From assembly GCA_025786725.1 (NCBI GenBank), contig JAHLTZ010000011.1:558001-622000 (forward strand): a stretch of DNA of 64,000 bases, read 5' to 3'. Made by a program: the position numbers and the translations under genes. This document shows, in pieces, positions 28,576-42,857 of the stretch. The DNA comes from Syncephalis fuscata S228 (lineage: Eukaryota; Fungi; Zoopagomycota). Position 1 is the stretch's first letter. Each line of letters begins with the position of its first letter. Under the pieces are notes generated by a model, which did no database searches, had not been told where the DNA came from, and saw only the letters and a list, made by a program, of their open reading frames with translations.

Positions 28576-30534
28576 TTACGTTTCAACTGTTGTGTCAGTG
28601 GTTGGTTGGTTGGTTGTTGTTTGTGGTGCCTTGTCCTTTATCGTTTCAGCTGCTGCTTTATCTGCCTTAATAACCATACTTTCCACATGATTTAAATAAA
28701 GCGGTGCTGGTGCCGTAATAATTGTGGGTGTTGGTGGTAGATTAGCCTCTGGATCGAGCCATCCTGCCTAATTATTGTATATTAATTATAAGTTATTATA
28801 AGATCATTGTTGCTTACTGGTAACGTGATTCTATTTAAATGAAGATGGAGATTCATGATTGGAACGATGCCTTTTCGGCTTACTTTCTATATAATGTTGA
28901 ATTTAGAAGAATAGACTATAAACAATATGTAATTCTTACCATAGGGCCTAGTACAACATATCCATATTTACGGTCACCTACAATGGGTGCTATATAAACG
29001 AATATTAATCTATTGAATAGAATAAAATATCAACAGTTTAACAAATACTTACATCGCAATACTAGGGCACAATGAGCACGTAGTTGATGCTTGCGACCTG
29101 TCTGTGGCCATAATCGTACACAAGATACAGGTCTCTAGTTGATTATTGCTTATTAACACGTATATTAGCTATTTTACTAGTATTAACTTACACCATGTAC
29201 ATCTTCCCGTTGGTCTAATACTTGATATTTTGTAACAGCACTCCATTTATTCTCGGTTTGTTCTATATACATATATACATATATATTAGATGAATAGCAG
29301 TTAGTATTTATATGTATATAAATCAAATAAGTTATTACCATTGGCTAATACTATCTTTTCCAATGGTGGTTCACCTTCAACACATAATGGTGTATCGATA
29401 GTACCCTCATTCTTCCTGGGCCATCCAGCAACCTGAGCTATATACTAATGGAATATATTAAAGTTAATACATATTAATATACATTAATATTAGGGTAACT
29501 GTAGATAACCTACTTCCTTGGTCATTGTACTATTACGAAACATTTCGCTCAACTTTATAGCTCCTGCCCGTGTTCTTCCCAATAGTAATACGCCCGTAGT
29601 AAGCTATAGAGGTATAAAGTATTAATAATAGTTATAATGGCTATAATTATTGTAAAAACACACCTTATCTAGGCGATGCACAATTCGTGGTGGTTCTGAT
29701 TTTTCAAATTTCAATTCTATTATAGTGTTATCAATATTGTTATAATGGTTATTATTCACTTTGTTATTTCTTACCATCCAAATAATTGGTTAAAACAGCA
29801 GATTCAACGCCATCACCGCCTATTTAGATTGTTTGATAGTTTTAGATATACAGCTATTTTTATTGTTATTAAACATAAAACTGTTACCTTGAACAACGAG
29901 TCCACTTGGCTTCTGAATGGCTAATAAATGATCATCTTTGTATAATACATCAAATGACATTTTTGGCACTCTAGATCGAGATTGTGGCTATTATATATTA
30001 GATGTATTCATCAGCTAAACCGTTAGCTTACTTTATATTCGGTTTTCTCTTCATCGTGATCTTGACTTGAACGATCTCTTGCCATACCTCGAAGACCGAA
30101 TACTGCAACTTGATCACCCGGTAATACTCTAAGACGAACATGGGTCTCGTCTTTGCTTAATATTACGCCATTTCTTACGGCTTGTACCTATTATAAACAG
30201 TCAGTGTTTGTATCTGCTTATTCTGTATATATGGGCTGCTTACTTTGCGAGAATTAACAATTTGTTGAATTACCGACTGAGGAAATCCAGTTTGTTCGCG
30301 AAGTAATCGGTCCAGGCGCATAATTCCATCGTCGGCTGTCTGTTTAAATACCGTCACTTCTGGATCGTCCCAGCTAATGCGATTCCAACTAAATCGGCTA
30401 CGGAATGCCACTGGCATAACATGACACGGACCACGACACCGACTGGCTAGCAGGCTAGGTGGTCCAGACAGTCTAGCGCTGGACAAGCCGCGTTCTAAAG
30501 ATAAAGAACGCACACGCACCCAAAGACCCTCCAT
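28576..30534 (-). CDS. RluA-family pseudouridine synthase (Pus5/RPUSD-like, probably mitochondrial), many introns
   Basis: LYKDDHLLAIQKPSGLVVQG, catalytic IVHRLDK, TGVLLLGR, TGRKHQLRAHCA, PIVGDRKYG; Arg/Ser-rich N-terminus. Confidence 0.85.
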
Positions 30535-30763
30535 AGTACAAGCTAAAAGTCCACTGTCGTTACTATAAGGATCTTTGAAGATTCATAAAATAAAAGAAAG
30601 AAGAAAATGGGTGGCGGATTTTAAATTATATACACACGCACACGCACACAAATATAGTTCATTCCTTTAAAAACTTATTTACAAGCTGATTACAATATTC
30701 CCCGTATTAGTGTTTATCTACTCTAGTATTGTTTATTTTATTTACTTTTTTTCTACTATTAAG

Positions 30764-31935
30764 ATGGATGAGCAACTGTTGGCAACACTTGTCCAGCAGG
30801 GACAGACTAAAGAAAAAGAGCATGCACATTCTGATGAAGACCACGATGATGACCATAGCACTGATAATGACTCGGGTAGCGAGTATTTAGCACCTTCAAG
30901 AGTAGGTGAACTTGTAAATAGCACGTTAGTATTAAACTTACTATAGACACTTGATGTCTGTAATTATGGCTGGATTTATTTGTATACTAGCCTGCAATCA
31001 CTGAGCGCTCAACTGGTCGGCAAACCGGTCCAAAAGGTGTGTTAGCCGATTATGCACAACATCGGCAAATAGAGCGGGAGCGGCAGGCAGCCGATCGATT
31101 GGCTCAACAGACAAAAATGGGGCGCTGCCAGCCCTCTATTACAACCAACGGTACTGTTGCGGTAAAAAAGAATTATAATGATGACGAGGAGGGAAAAGGA
31201 GAAGACGAAGAGGATGAATTATTACGAGAATTGATGGAAGAGTTGGAAATGGAGGATTTTGAACAGAATGCAGCTTTAAAAAGCTATCGCGATATGAGAA
31301 TACGTGAAATGAAAGCGGCCAGGTAATTAAATGCGTGTATAAAATGTTTTATTTACTTAGTGTAATGATAGACCAGAATTTGGTGTTGTACTGCCCATTG
31401 GACAGCATAACTATGTTGAGGCCATTGATAAAGAAGTTAAATGGGTATCAGTTCTTGTATATCTCTACGAACCGGTAAGTCATTCAACAATTGTTATTGA
31501 TTATTGAGTTGAGTAATTAACCGATGATTTAGAATCTGCGTGCATCTCAATTATTAGATGATGCACTGGCCGAACTGGCAAAAAAGTATATTTATGCCAA
31601 GTTTCTACGTATCCGAGGTCAAGAGGCTGACACTAGCTTTGATCAATATGTACTGCCAGGACTATTATGCTATCGAGGAGGATTGCTTGTAGGCAATTGG
31701 ATGGGAATTGATAAAGAGATTATGCAGAATACCAAAGCCACTGGTGCTGCTGCATTGTCGGTTGAAACCCTTGAAGCGTTTCTACAAGAGTAAGTTGCTA
31801 CAGTAAATAGATGAATAATGGCTGATCCTACGGTTATTTAGTAATAATATTCTTGGAGATTCTGATCAAGCTATTGGATCCACGTTTACTAAAGATAATT
31901 ATACTGACGATGCTGATGACGATGACGATATTTAA
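30764..31935 (+). CDS. Phosducin-like protein (PhLP1 type)
   Basis: QTGPKGVLADY motif, then thioredoxin-like exons (YVEAIDKE..VSVLVYLYE, LAKKYIYAKFLRI, VLPGLLCYRGGLLVGN) and an acidic tail. Confidence 0.85.
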
Positions 31936-33257
31936 ATGATGTCTAGTTATTAAAGTATATAATAAAAATTGAAATTGTTACATAAAAGAATAACGTCAAA
32001 ACAGTTAAAATATAAGAAAACTTATCCAAGTGTTAAAAATTATTGATATTGAGAATGGTTATCGTGTTTGTGACTGTGTTAATATATTGCCATTTGTTTG
32101 CAGATTAATAAATGTGTATATAGAATTCCTCAATTTCATTCACAGGCAATTTGAGTTGAATTGTTGGCGACTTTGATGTGGATATTTATATAACAAATTA
32201 TAATGATTGGAATAAAATAAGTAATTAAAAACAAAAATAAAGCTGGTCAATCAAGCTACAAAATGTAATGCTCTATGTATTACAACAAATTTCAGGATTA
32301 GCTGTTAAATAAAACTTGTTTTAGCTTTCTTTATTATTTGTTAATATGCCTGGTCGATTTTAGTATCTTAATTCATAAAATTATTTAGTAGTGTTTGATT
32401 GATACTCTATGATTATATAAACACGCTGCAAAGATAATACTTATCATATATATGCATATTCCAATAGTTTTATTTAAATATGCGTATGCTGCGTAAAACG
32501 AACTAGAGAAATGCAATCTAAACAATAAATAAACTTTAAAAATATCCATTCAAGCAACAGATGATGGTTGGAATACATATAGGTTACAAGCAATACGTGT
32601 AAACAAGTAATATTACTTGCTATAGCCACTAATGCAATAAACAATAAATAATGGCTACATTTGACTGGGATGAGCTGATGGACGAAATTGGACAAATCTA
32701 CACTCATGAGCAAAGAAATAATGACATTGGTGCCTGGGTCTATTGTTTTGTTATGAAAAAAACCGCTACACAACAGTCAATGATTAACGTTAACGATTGA
32801 TCGACAACAACAAGACCTTTATTAACAACTGGCAGCAAAACACTAACCATGAATTGCTTATTTTATAGCTAAATACGATTCTAAATTAAATGCACGTACA
32901 AATCAATAGGTAAAGCGTTGTCAATACATTTATAGACTCGTTTGAATCAATTTGGATTCTGATGAGTACAAATGTGTTGGATCTGCTTTGTAAAGATCAT
33001 CAACATCAGCAAATAGATCAGAGAATCGATAGATGATGATGATGATGTGCACATCTCTATACCTGATATCATATCGATGATGTTTCTGATCCATGTGCCT
33101 GAGAATATACGTGTATAGGATTTGTCGCTACTTATTATCAACTACCTCTTTCTTCCTCTTGTTCTATTGTCCTTTCTTCTCTATTGTTGCCATTTGTTTG
33201 CAATAGCAAAAGCGCATTTACTCGTTTTACTTTTATTTCCTACTGTAGTTTGTGAAT

Positions 33258-35280
33258 ATGTCTAAGGAAAAGCTTATTGTATTTGATACCACGCTTCGCG
33301 ATGGCGAACAGGTAAATAGTTTAGTTTATTATTTATTAAGGCATCTGAATAACAACAAATATTAGTCGCCTGGTGTTACGTTTACGGTACCAGAGAAGCT
33401 GCAAATTGCTCGCGCCTTATCGCGTATGGGCGTTGACGTATGTGAAGCTGGCTTTCCTGTATCTTCAGAGGGAGATTTCGACGCCGTGTCGCGTATTGCT
33501 AAAGAAATCGGTCCGCTTATGGATGGCCGTGAAGCCATTGGTAAACCAATGGTAAGTTAAAAATAGACATCGTTGAGCCATGTGAATAGCTTACTAATTT
33601 ACCGAACTTTTAATATTTTATCTAGCGTATTGCCGGTCTATCACGAGCTGTGCAATCCGATATTCTACGCACGTATGAGGCTGTGAAACGTAAGTTATAA
33701 ATAAAATTGTTGTTTTTCTACACTAACGCATGCATCATCATTTGATTAGATGCACCATTGCATCGTATTCATATCTTCCTTGCCACTTCGGAGATTCATT
33801 TAACGCACAAATTGCGTATTTCCCAGGAGGAGTGCGTTAAGCGTGCTTGCGCAGCAGTGGAATATGCGCGCACGCTTTGTGATAACGTTGAATTTCACCC
33901 GAAGATGCGTGCCGTACTGAGCGCAAATTCCTTATCCACGTCCTTGGTGAAGTGATCAAAGCTGGTGCTACCACTCTGAATGTGCCTGATACTGTGGGCG
34001 TAAGTATAACGGGATAAATACTGTGCAAATGTATATTAATATGTACTGCTAGATTTGCACACCAGAGGAGTATGGCAGTATGTTTAAAGAATGATCGAGA
34101 AGACTCCAGGTGCCGATACAGTAAGTCAAAGAAAATAGATGAAATGGCCATTGAACACACACTTATGTTATTGTTTTAATTACTAGGTAACATGGTCTGC
34201 TCATTGTCAAAATGATTTGGGATTGGCAACGGCAAACACATTGGCAGCCATTCAAAATGGTGTTCGTCAGGCAGAAGTCACCATTAATGGTATTGGTGAA
34301 CGTGCAGGTAATGAATTAGAGTAGTTGTTTATGACGTGTTATTTATCCATAATATTATAGGCAATACATCGCTTGAAGAAGTTATTATGGCTATTCACAC
34401 GCATCCACACGATACTTTCCCAGTCTACCATCAAATTCATACCAAAGACATCTATAAACTATCTCAATTGGTATTGCAAACAAGTGGTATGGCCATTCAA
34501 CCACACAAGGCCATTGTTGGTGCTAATGCTTTTGCACACGAGTCTGGCATTCACCAGGACGGTGTGTTGAAGCATCCAAGTACCTATGAGATTATCGATC
34601 CAGCTGAAGTAGGTGTGCCAAGCAATGCCATTGTTCTTGGCAAGTCGTCTGGCCGTAATGCTCTACGGGCCAAATTGGCCGAATTGGGTATTCAGCTGTC
34701 TGGAGAAGATGCCCTACAACGTCTATTCTCGCGCTTTAAAGCACTTGCCGATAAGAAGACCAAGGTGACTGACCATGATTTGGTCGCTTTGGCTGAAGAT
34801 CAGGTTATTTCATCTGAAGCCAATGAACGCTTTGTACTGCGCCATCTTATGTTGATGTCTGGCACAGATACAATTAGCACGGCAACAGCTACAGTCATTG
34901 ATACTCATGCTGCACCACTAGCAAAATCGTCGTCAACGGGCACACAATCATCCAGCTCAGGAAGCGAGGACGCAGTTGATGAAAAGACAGGGCCAGTCGG
35001 CCTAGCCATTGTAGATGCGGCTATTGGACATGGTCCTATTCAAGCTGTATTTGCTGCGTTGTTGCGTATTACTGGCCATCAAGACTTGGAACTACGTCAC
35101 TACGAAGTACGCAGTATTGGTGGCGGTGAAGATGCGCTTGCCAAGGTATTTGTCAAGATTGCACGTACCGGTGCCGATACAACCCAAGTATTCTCTGGAC
35201 AAGGTGCCGATAACGACACCATTCATGCCAGTGCTAAGGCTTATTTGAACGCTATTAATCGATATGTTTCAAGCCAATGA
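33258..35280 (+). CDS. leuA: 2-isopropylmalate synthase, bacterial/plant LeuA type
   Basis: [10 protein letters not shown]|[60 protein letters not shown] and the C-terminal regulatory domain. Missing T at ~33893 (EFSPED). Confidence 0.92.
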
Positions 35281-36658
35281 ACTGACCAGTAATAATAATG
35301 GCTATTATGAAATACGAAAAGTAACGATGTGTTTTGATACAAGCTATAGTTTTGAATAAACGCGTTTCTTTTTATTCGATGTGACCAATTTACATATTAA
35401 GAAACAAACTATAGTAAAATAACTATTAGTTTAATGAATTAATATTTAACAACAACAATTTAAAGTGTTAAATGCACTATTTGATAATAACATAAAATCA
35501 GTATCTTTACATACAAGTAAATAAAAATCTATTAATAGATTCAATATTATTGTATTGTTTATACTTTGATCAAAGCTATTGACGGAATTAATTAAACAAG
35601 TAAACAAAAAAGAATAAATAACGATAACAATAATAATATTGAATTATAGAGTAGCTATTACTATTTGTGGCTATTTGATAATAAACTACAAATAAAGTAA
35701 TTCCTATCTACTTAAATGGAAACGTTTTATTCATTTTAACCATTATAATCATCTTGACCAACATGCTATCCTTTGTTTTACTAATCTATAATAGATTAAT
35801 ACTAATCCCTTGGTTATAATTATACGATAGCAACAAAAAAGCGGCGACAAAGGCCTACTACAAAAGATAAAACGACGACTGTAGATAAACGTGGTGCTTG
35901 TTCTATTTATCGCTTATGTGTAACCAGAATGTAACAAATATTTTCCGAAGCCGCTCGTCTTCGCTCCTAGTCTCTGCACATGCTTGCTCTCCTTTCTCTA
36001 TATCTTTCTCGGATAGGGATAATACAGCCAATGGCTGTGGAAGTGGTCGTACAAGCAATGGATTGTTTCCGTGTGTATGTGTGTGTGTATCTATATGTGT
36101 GTACTGTGATGGATATATTGACCACCATTCATTCATTCATTCGCTCCTACTTGCTATAACTGACACGCACACATCCATTTGCCCCACTTCCACTTTCAAT
36201 ATTATTGCCGTGTTGCATATGACACGTTAAGAAACTTTCTCCTTTCCTTCTATTTCTTCTTCATTCTTCGCTTGTCAGTTCACACCGATTGATAGCCACT
36301 TTTATTCTTCTTTCTACTCGCACCTTATTCATTCTACTCTGTTATCTTTTCTTTATTCTTTTCCTGCTACTTTTCTCTTCTTGCGCTAGTCGTGAGCGTT
36401 TTGCTTTTGTGACGTCGTCTACTGCTGCAACATCAATAACATAACCAACCACAACAATAGCAGCAACCAGCACTTAACACCTACCAATACTATCGCTATT
36501 ATCGCCAATCCCGCTACTATTGCTACAAAAACAACAACAACAACAACAACTACTACTACTATTACAACAACTACTTTGCTGACGATTACCTACGTTGTTT
36601 TATTCTCTTTTTACTTATAATCAAATATCGAACTATCTTTGCATGCATGTAAACAGAA

Positions 36659-39600
36659 ATGAACCCGATTGCCGACGACTCGCAGATACTTACCGAGCCA
36701 GTCGAATGGCCTGATTGGACAATCATTTCACCTCGTCGTGCTTCTACCTCTTCCACGACGGCGTCTACAGTCGTACCTGCTGCTACTGGCATGCGACGAT
36801 CAACAAGCGGTGGTCATCGTGTTTCGCAATCACAGGCTAATCTTCGTCATCGCTTGCTACGCAGCCATAATAGCGACGATGCTAACAGTCGTTATGGCGC
36901 TGAACTCGAGGAGACGGGTAACAGCACGCTTACTCGACAGCAATCGTCGCCACCGATGATTGCCGAACAATCTACGCCGCCTACATCAAATTCGATTATG
37001 TTTGCTTCGCCTGCCGTGCCCGATAGCTCCAGATTACCGTTGGTCCGTGTTACTTCGCAGATTACTACACCCGATAATATATCTATGCCGACAGAAGCTG
37101 AAAAGGCAGTGCATAAGTTTACCAGTTTGGCCTACACTGCATGTATGCTTGCTTCTTTGGCGTGTACTTTCCTAGCACCGCCTAAATCTGTTATTAAAAC
37201 AGCATACATGAATGTGCCAATTGAATGGTGGGGCATCTATTTGGTCATGACGATCTTTTGGACCATATGGCTGGGTCTGCATTCAACAAAGCAGATCCTT
37301 TTCTCGACAAGTATCTACGTGTCAAAACGTATAAGCGGTGCAATCGCCACTATTACTCTATTGGCACCTTTATGGAACTTGTATCCGCTATCGGTATCGG
37401 CAGGCTATACCATTTCCTGTCTGGTCACGCCTTTCTTTCATATTGTATTTCATATATTCTACACGCTATGGGAGCTTTATAGCAAGGAGCGTGCCGTGAT
37501 GGAAAAGCTGACTGCAAAGGAAGTTCGTGCAGTTGCAGACCAGGGCGAACAGTTATTATCGGAAGCAGAAGAACGACGCACAGCATCTGTCAAAATGATC
37601 ACCGAAGAGATTAGAGATGCTTCACGGATTGGCAAAGCTTCTATTATGCGTCTTGCACCGCCAGCCGTATTGGCTGCTTATTCGCGTGAGCATCTAGCCG
37701 CCTGCAGTATACCCATACCAACAGCATCAATAGCATCGGTCGATGCTGTTTTAAGTCACATTGAACACTTGGGTAAACATCTTGAATGTCTTAATAACAC
37801 AACGCCATTATTGGACCATAAAGATTCACCACTATCGGGTCATTTGCCTCAATTCGATGTAGGTGAGCTGTTGCAGCGTGTTGGTGATATGATGGCAGGC
37901 TGTGCCACATGTGCAAAAGTAGAAGTAGTTATTTATCACGCCGAAGCACAAATATGCCACAGAATGGTATATGGCGATGAAACGCGTTATCAACATATGT
38001 TATTTAATGTAAGTTAATAATAATAATAATAATAATATATTAATATGTTAATACTTTTATTATTTTATTAATAATAGTTGCTAAAAATGGTCATTTTATC
38101 AGCAGCACCTGGTGATTGGGTTGAGCTAGGATTGGCTGTAACAGCAGCCAAACCAAATGCTGCTAAGCCGCCTATGGGTGCCAATGAACCTCATACTCGT
38201 GCTATTAATTGTACTTTCCGTATTACGCATAGTCCAATGAATAACGATCCATTTGCTATATCACATATCCCTAATGCCAATGAAAGCCTTAAAATGATTA
38301 CTGAACTTAATGGCCAGTTGGTGATGGAACAAAAAGATGATGGGCTACATGTTATTGATATTGTACTACCTTTTGCCGCTACATCACGATCGTCCCCTTC
38401 TTCACCTTCGTTAAATCATGGCAAATCGCGTACATTATCAAATGGTATGCGTACAAGTTCAACCAGCTGTACGGCTAGTGAGCCCACGTTAGATGAACTT
38501 CGACGATTTATTAGCACGCTTCGTAACCGTGCAGTTGCTCTTTATGCCACAAATCGTTCAATTCTTGCCAAACATGTTACAGCATGGCTTACTTTATGGA
38601 GTACGGACATTTCTCATATCTCAACTGACGAAAACAAAACCGACGAGGCAGAACTAATTCGTGTATCGTCCAATGCTTCGTTTATTCTTATTGACGACGA
38701 TATTGCTACATTGGAACAATTACTACGTTATCTTGCACTAATCCAACAACATTGGTTAAAGAACAACGACCACCCAGTTCGCGTGGCCGTGCACGATCAG
38801 TTCCTGGCAATGGATCAAATGAGAGCGGCGAGATAGTAGAAGAGTATCCACCGAATGCATCAGCGTCTATGGCCAATGGCCACAATAGCAATCATAAATC
38901 AGAAAATGGCCACGAATCACGTTCCAACACAATACTAGTTAATAATGGCCGTCGATCAATCATTTATTTCACATCGATTGGTCATTATCAAAAAGTAAAA
39001 CAAGCAGTGGCCGATGTATTTAGTAACTTGCCACCATTTCCGCTAATGACGCCTCCTCAAGTTCTGGTTATTCCAAAGCCCATTGGACCTAGACGCTTTT
39101 AACAGCACTTCACACTGCTGTTACAAGGCCACACATGGATACATTGTCGTACATTCCTATTGCCACGTCACCGGCAACACCCGGCATATGGACACTGTTT
39201 AACGGTGAAGTTGAACAAAACCCAATGGATCGTGCTATGGAGTCGCGTAGTGTTACGGCCGATCCACGCATCTATTCCGGTGCCAATGGCAATACAGTCA
39301 CATTTAATGCGGCAGGCACACCGACTCGGCCATTTAATCGATCAAGACTATCACAACATAGCGGTGGTGGCAGTAATACGACATCACCCATGCCTAGTCC
39401 CAATATTAATAATGGAGGTAACAGTAGCAACAATAACGCGGCATTGGCTAGTAATGGCGGCATGGAAACACCGCCATTACTAAGTCCGGGTGCAAGACAG
39501 TCTACCAATGGTCTATCCAATGGATCACACGGCAGTCTACGTATTTCGTCGTCATTAGCACAATCGGCCATGCATACACAGTCAACACCGTCACCAAAAG

Positions 39601-40583
39601 TACGACCCAGTTCGCCATTACTACCAAATCGAACGAGTATTACTGCACCATCGCCCAAGATGCCACCCAGCAACTTGGTTTCGTCTTCGGTTATCAGTAA
39701 TGGCTTAACGGAAAAGTCTAGCAATGGCGGTACCAATACTAGTGCCGGAATTGACCAACGCCCATCTAGCACGCGGAAGAAAGGAGTTCGTTTATCAAAT
39801 GCACCTACTTTGAAGGAGCGAATGAATAGCATGTCGACCACGGCAGCCAGTAAATCTGGTTTTGTTTTCCCACCTATTAAAGTGCTTATCGTTGAAGGTA
39901 ATTGTATAATAATTGATAAACGAATATTGACTAATTTATAACTATTATAATCATACTGTCATTTAGACAATCCTATTAATCAAACTATTTTGTCCACATT
40001 TCTACGCAAGCGTAAAATTGAATATGCTGTAGCTAGCGATGGACAAGAGGCAGTTGATATGTGGAAGCAAGGCGGTTTCCATATTGTATTGGTGAGTTAA
40101 TTCCATTTGATTTTTATACAAAACTAATATAAAGATAATTAGATGGATATTCAATTGCCAGTACTCGATGGTATTGAAGCAACCAAGGAAATTCGGCGCT
40201 TTGAAAAAGAGCGCAAAGCAGCCGCCTTACCACCACCCGACTCACCGGGCGAAGTATCCGTGGAACAGCGTCGACTTGCCACTCAAATGCACACACCAGT
40301 TATTATTGTCGCCCTTACGGCCTCTGCTCTACAGGCTGATCGTAATACAGCATTGGCCGCTGGCTGTAACGATTTTCTAACCAAACCTGTATCTTTACCC
40401 TGGCTCGAAAAGAAGATTACCGAATGGGGCTGCATGCAAGCACTAATTAATGTAACTGGCTGGTCCCGCTGGAGACGACAAGATTCAGCATCTACGATAT
40501 CGATCCATGGCCGTGGCGGCAGTGGAGCCGGTACACCTTCTCCTGCCAATGTATCGCGCTCTAATTCCGAAAAGAAGCCGTAA
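36659..40583 (+). CDS. SSK1: Ssk1/Mcs4-type response regulator with TM segments and a degenerate histidine-kinase-like region
   Basis: C-terminal receiver: [73 protein letters not shown](L)TALHTA is restored by one T near 39098. Confidence 0.85.
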
Positions 40584-41452
40584 ATTGCCACATTCATTAG
40601 TTATTCTTCATTTTTTTGCTTATATCGCCTTTGTAATCGCCTATACTGTGGCAATCCCGATAATAGTAATATTGTAGTTTTCCCTTTCTGCGTCTGTATA
40701 CAATGATGGATTTTATCTATTTTGGCTATTTGTGTCTATAACACCTTATTTCTAAACATTTGTGCAATGCAATTATATGATTACCTGCTAATTGAGCTAT
40801 TTGATAAGCAAATATGAGACTGCACTTTTAACTGATCCACTACTAAATGTTCTATGCTCTTTGCTCGACTCTTGGCTATTGCCAAAAGTAGTATGCGTCC
40901 TTTTTTCATTAACTTGTTTCATTTTAAATGCCAAGAATAGAAACTTGTGTACGGTTACACACACTGTCGCGTGAATATGAACAGACAAATGTATAATTGA
41001 TTTATATAATAATATTACTTAATAGTAATGAATATAAGCGTCTAATACAGGCTATAGTCATTAGAAGGGAGTTGTAATTGTTAGAGCAGATTAGTAGATG
41101 GAATAAAAGTTTAATTGTTAGTAAATTAGTTAAATAAACAGCAGATATTTAATACAATGTAGTCCATATGATCACGTTCGGCAAAATCCCCTTGACTAAA
41201 TAAATGACTTTCTACATTTGGGAATACCAGTTTGAAGAAAAAACATCGAGACTATAAAATGTACTACGATTACACCCCACATCTTGCGTCCATCGTCTTC
41301 CTTTGCCTTCAAATCCATCGCCTAACTGCTACTGTATAATCAGCTGACATAGTCTAATTTACTATACTATTGCTTCATGATGATGGTAAGTGCACCATGT
41401 CATTATTATTTGTATCTAATAGCAGTATCAGTTTCGTAGCTCAATTCGATTT

Positions 41453-42453
41453 ATGCTAAAGTGTACGGTAGTCGCTTTATTGACTACCGTTTCAAACGCC
41501 GCTCAACCATCAGACTTATCATTGACAAATACAACACCCAAACCAGCATCGCCAGAAGCTTTGAATACGCTAAAACTAATAAGCCACTTGCCTCCGTATC
41601 CGGCTGCAAAACAACCGATTGGGCATGCGGTCCACGCTGTGAAGGCATGACAGCCGGCACTCAATTCATTCGAGACTTTTACGACAAATGGACCGGTGCA
41701 TTTGCCTATATCGCCGTCAATCATCAATACAAACGCATTATTGTCTCGTTTCGCGGCACCACTACGCTTGCTAATGTAATTCAAGATCTTAACATATTCC
41801 TTGTTCGTGTCAAATGGGCCCATAACGATGATGTAAAGATGTATAGCGGATTGATCAATTGCTACAATAGTATTCGTGCCGAATTATCTAGGGAAATTGG
41901 TGCCGCCGTTAATAAATATCCCGGCTATATAGTTACCTTTACCGGTCATTCATTGGGTGGTGGTAAGTAAACTGCAGTGGCGATGTGTCGAATGAATTAT
42001 TATGCTAACGTATTTATTTATTTATTATGCAGGTATAACGACAATTGCTGCAGTAGATGCACGTCTATCGCTACCGGCATGGTACCACAGCAGCTCGTCA
42101 CTTTTGGTGCATTCCGTGCCGGTAATACAGCATTTGCCCAATGGGCCCACAAGTTACTGCATCAAGACGCTTGTCCAAGTAACGGCTATATTCCATCACC
42201 GGCACGCGTTGTTAGCTATAACGATATTATACCTCATCTACCGCCTCAATGGATTGGCTATCATCACATTGGCACAGAAGTATGGATTCCCTCGGCCAAT
42301 GGCACAAATGCTATTGTTTGTCAACCTGGTGTAGATTCCGATCCGTCTTGTTCAGCTTCACTTACTGAGAAGCGTAACATGAGTGCACATGACGTATACT
42401 TTGGTATTAAGATCGGTCTATCGGATGGATGTAATGTCCCTGGGCCTCATTAA
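41453..42453 (+). CDS. Secreted class 3 lipase
   Basis: Signal-like MLKCTVVALLTTVSNA, IVSFRGT, nucleophile TGHSLGG, RVV..NDIIPHLPP, YHHIGTEVWI and the C-terminal His motif. One intron and two apparent 1-nt frameshifts. Confidence 0.88.
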
Positions 42454-42857
42454 AACCATTTGATAGTTAGGTGACTGGTTCATATATGAGGGCTATACAA
42501 TAATGATAGTTAAATAATTTATATAAAATAATAGTATTTATTGATTTACTGTATTGTATAATAACAAGTGTATATATACACAATTAATGTAATAACATTT
42601 AATAATATAAAAGTGTAGAATTACACAATTTAATCAATGTAGAAAAGTAAGAAATAAAAGACAGTGTAATGATTTCAATACAAGTATTAACAATAACATT
42701 GAAAAGTATCAATATAATCTAATCGCTATTAATCAAGTCTTTGGCAACAGCCTTATTAAAACATAACAATTGATCCCTTAATATTTTGAGTCATTGACGT
42801 TACTATTGTTACTACTACGACTACTGTTACCATTACTGTGCTTATTATAATTTTTGA

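Noticed and set aside
36528-36575. (caa)n/(cta)n tract, also (atatac)n at ~12025 and (tatggcg)3 at ~26909
   Set aside because: Ordinary microsatellites.
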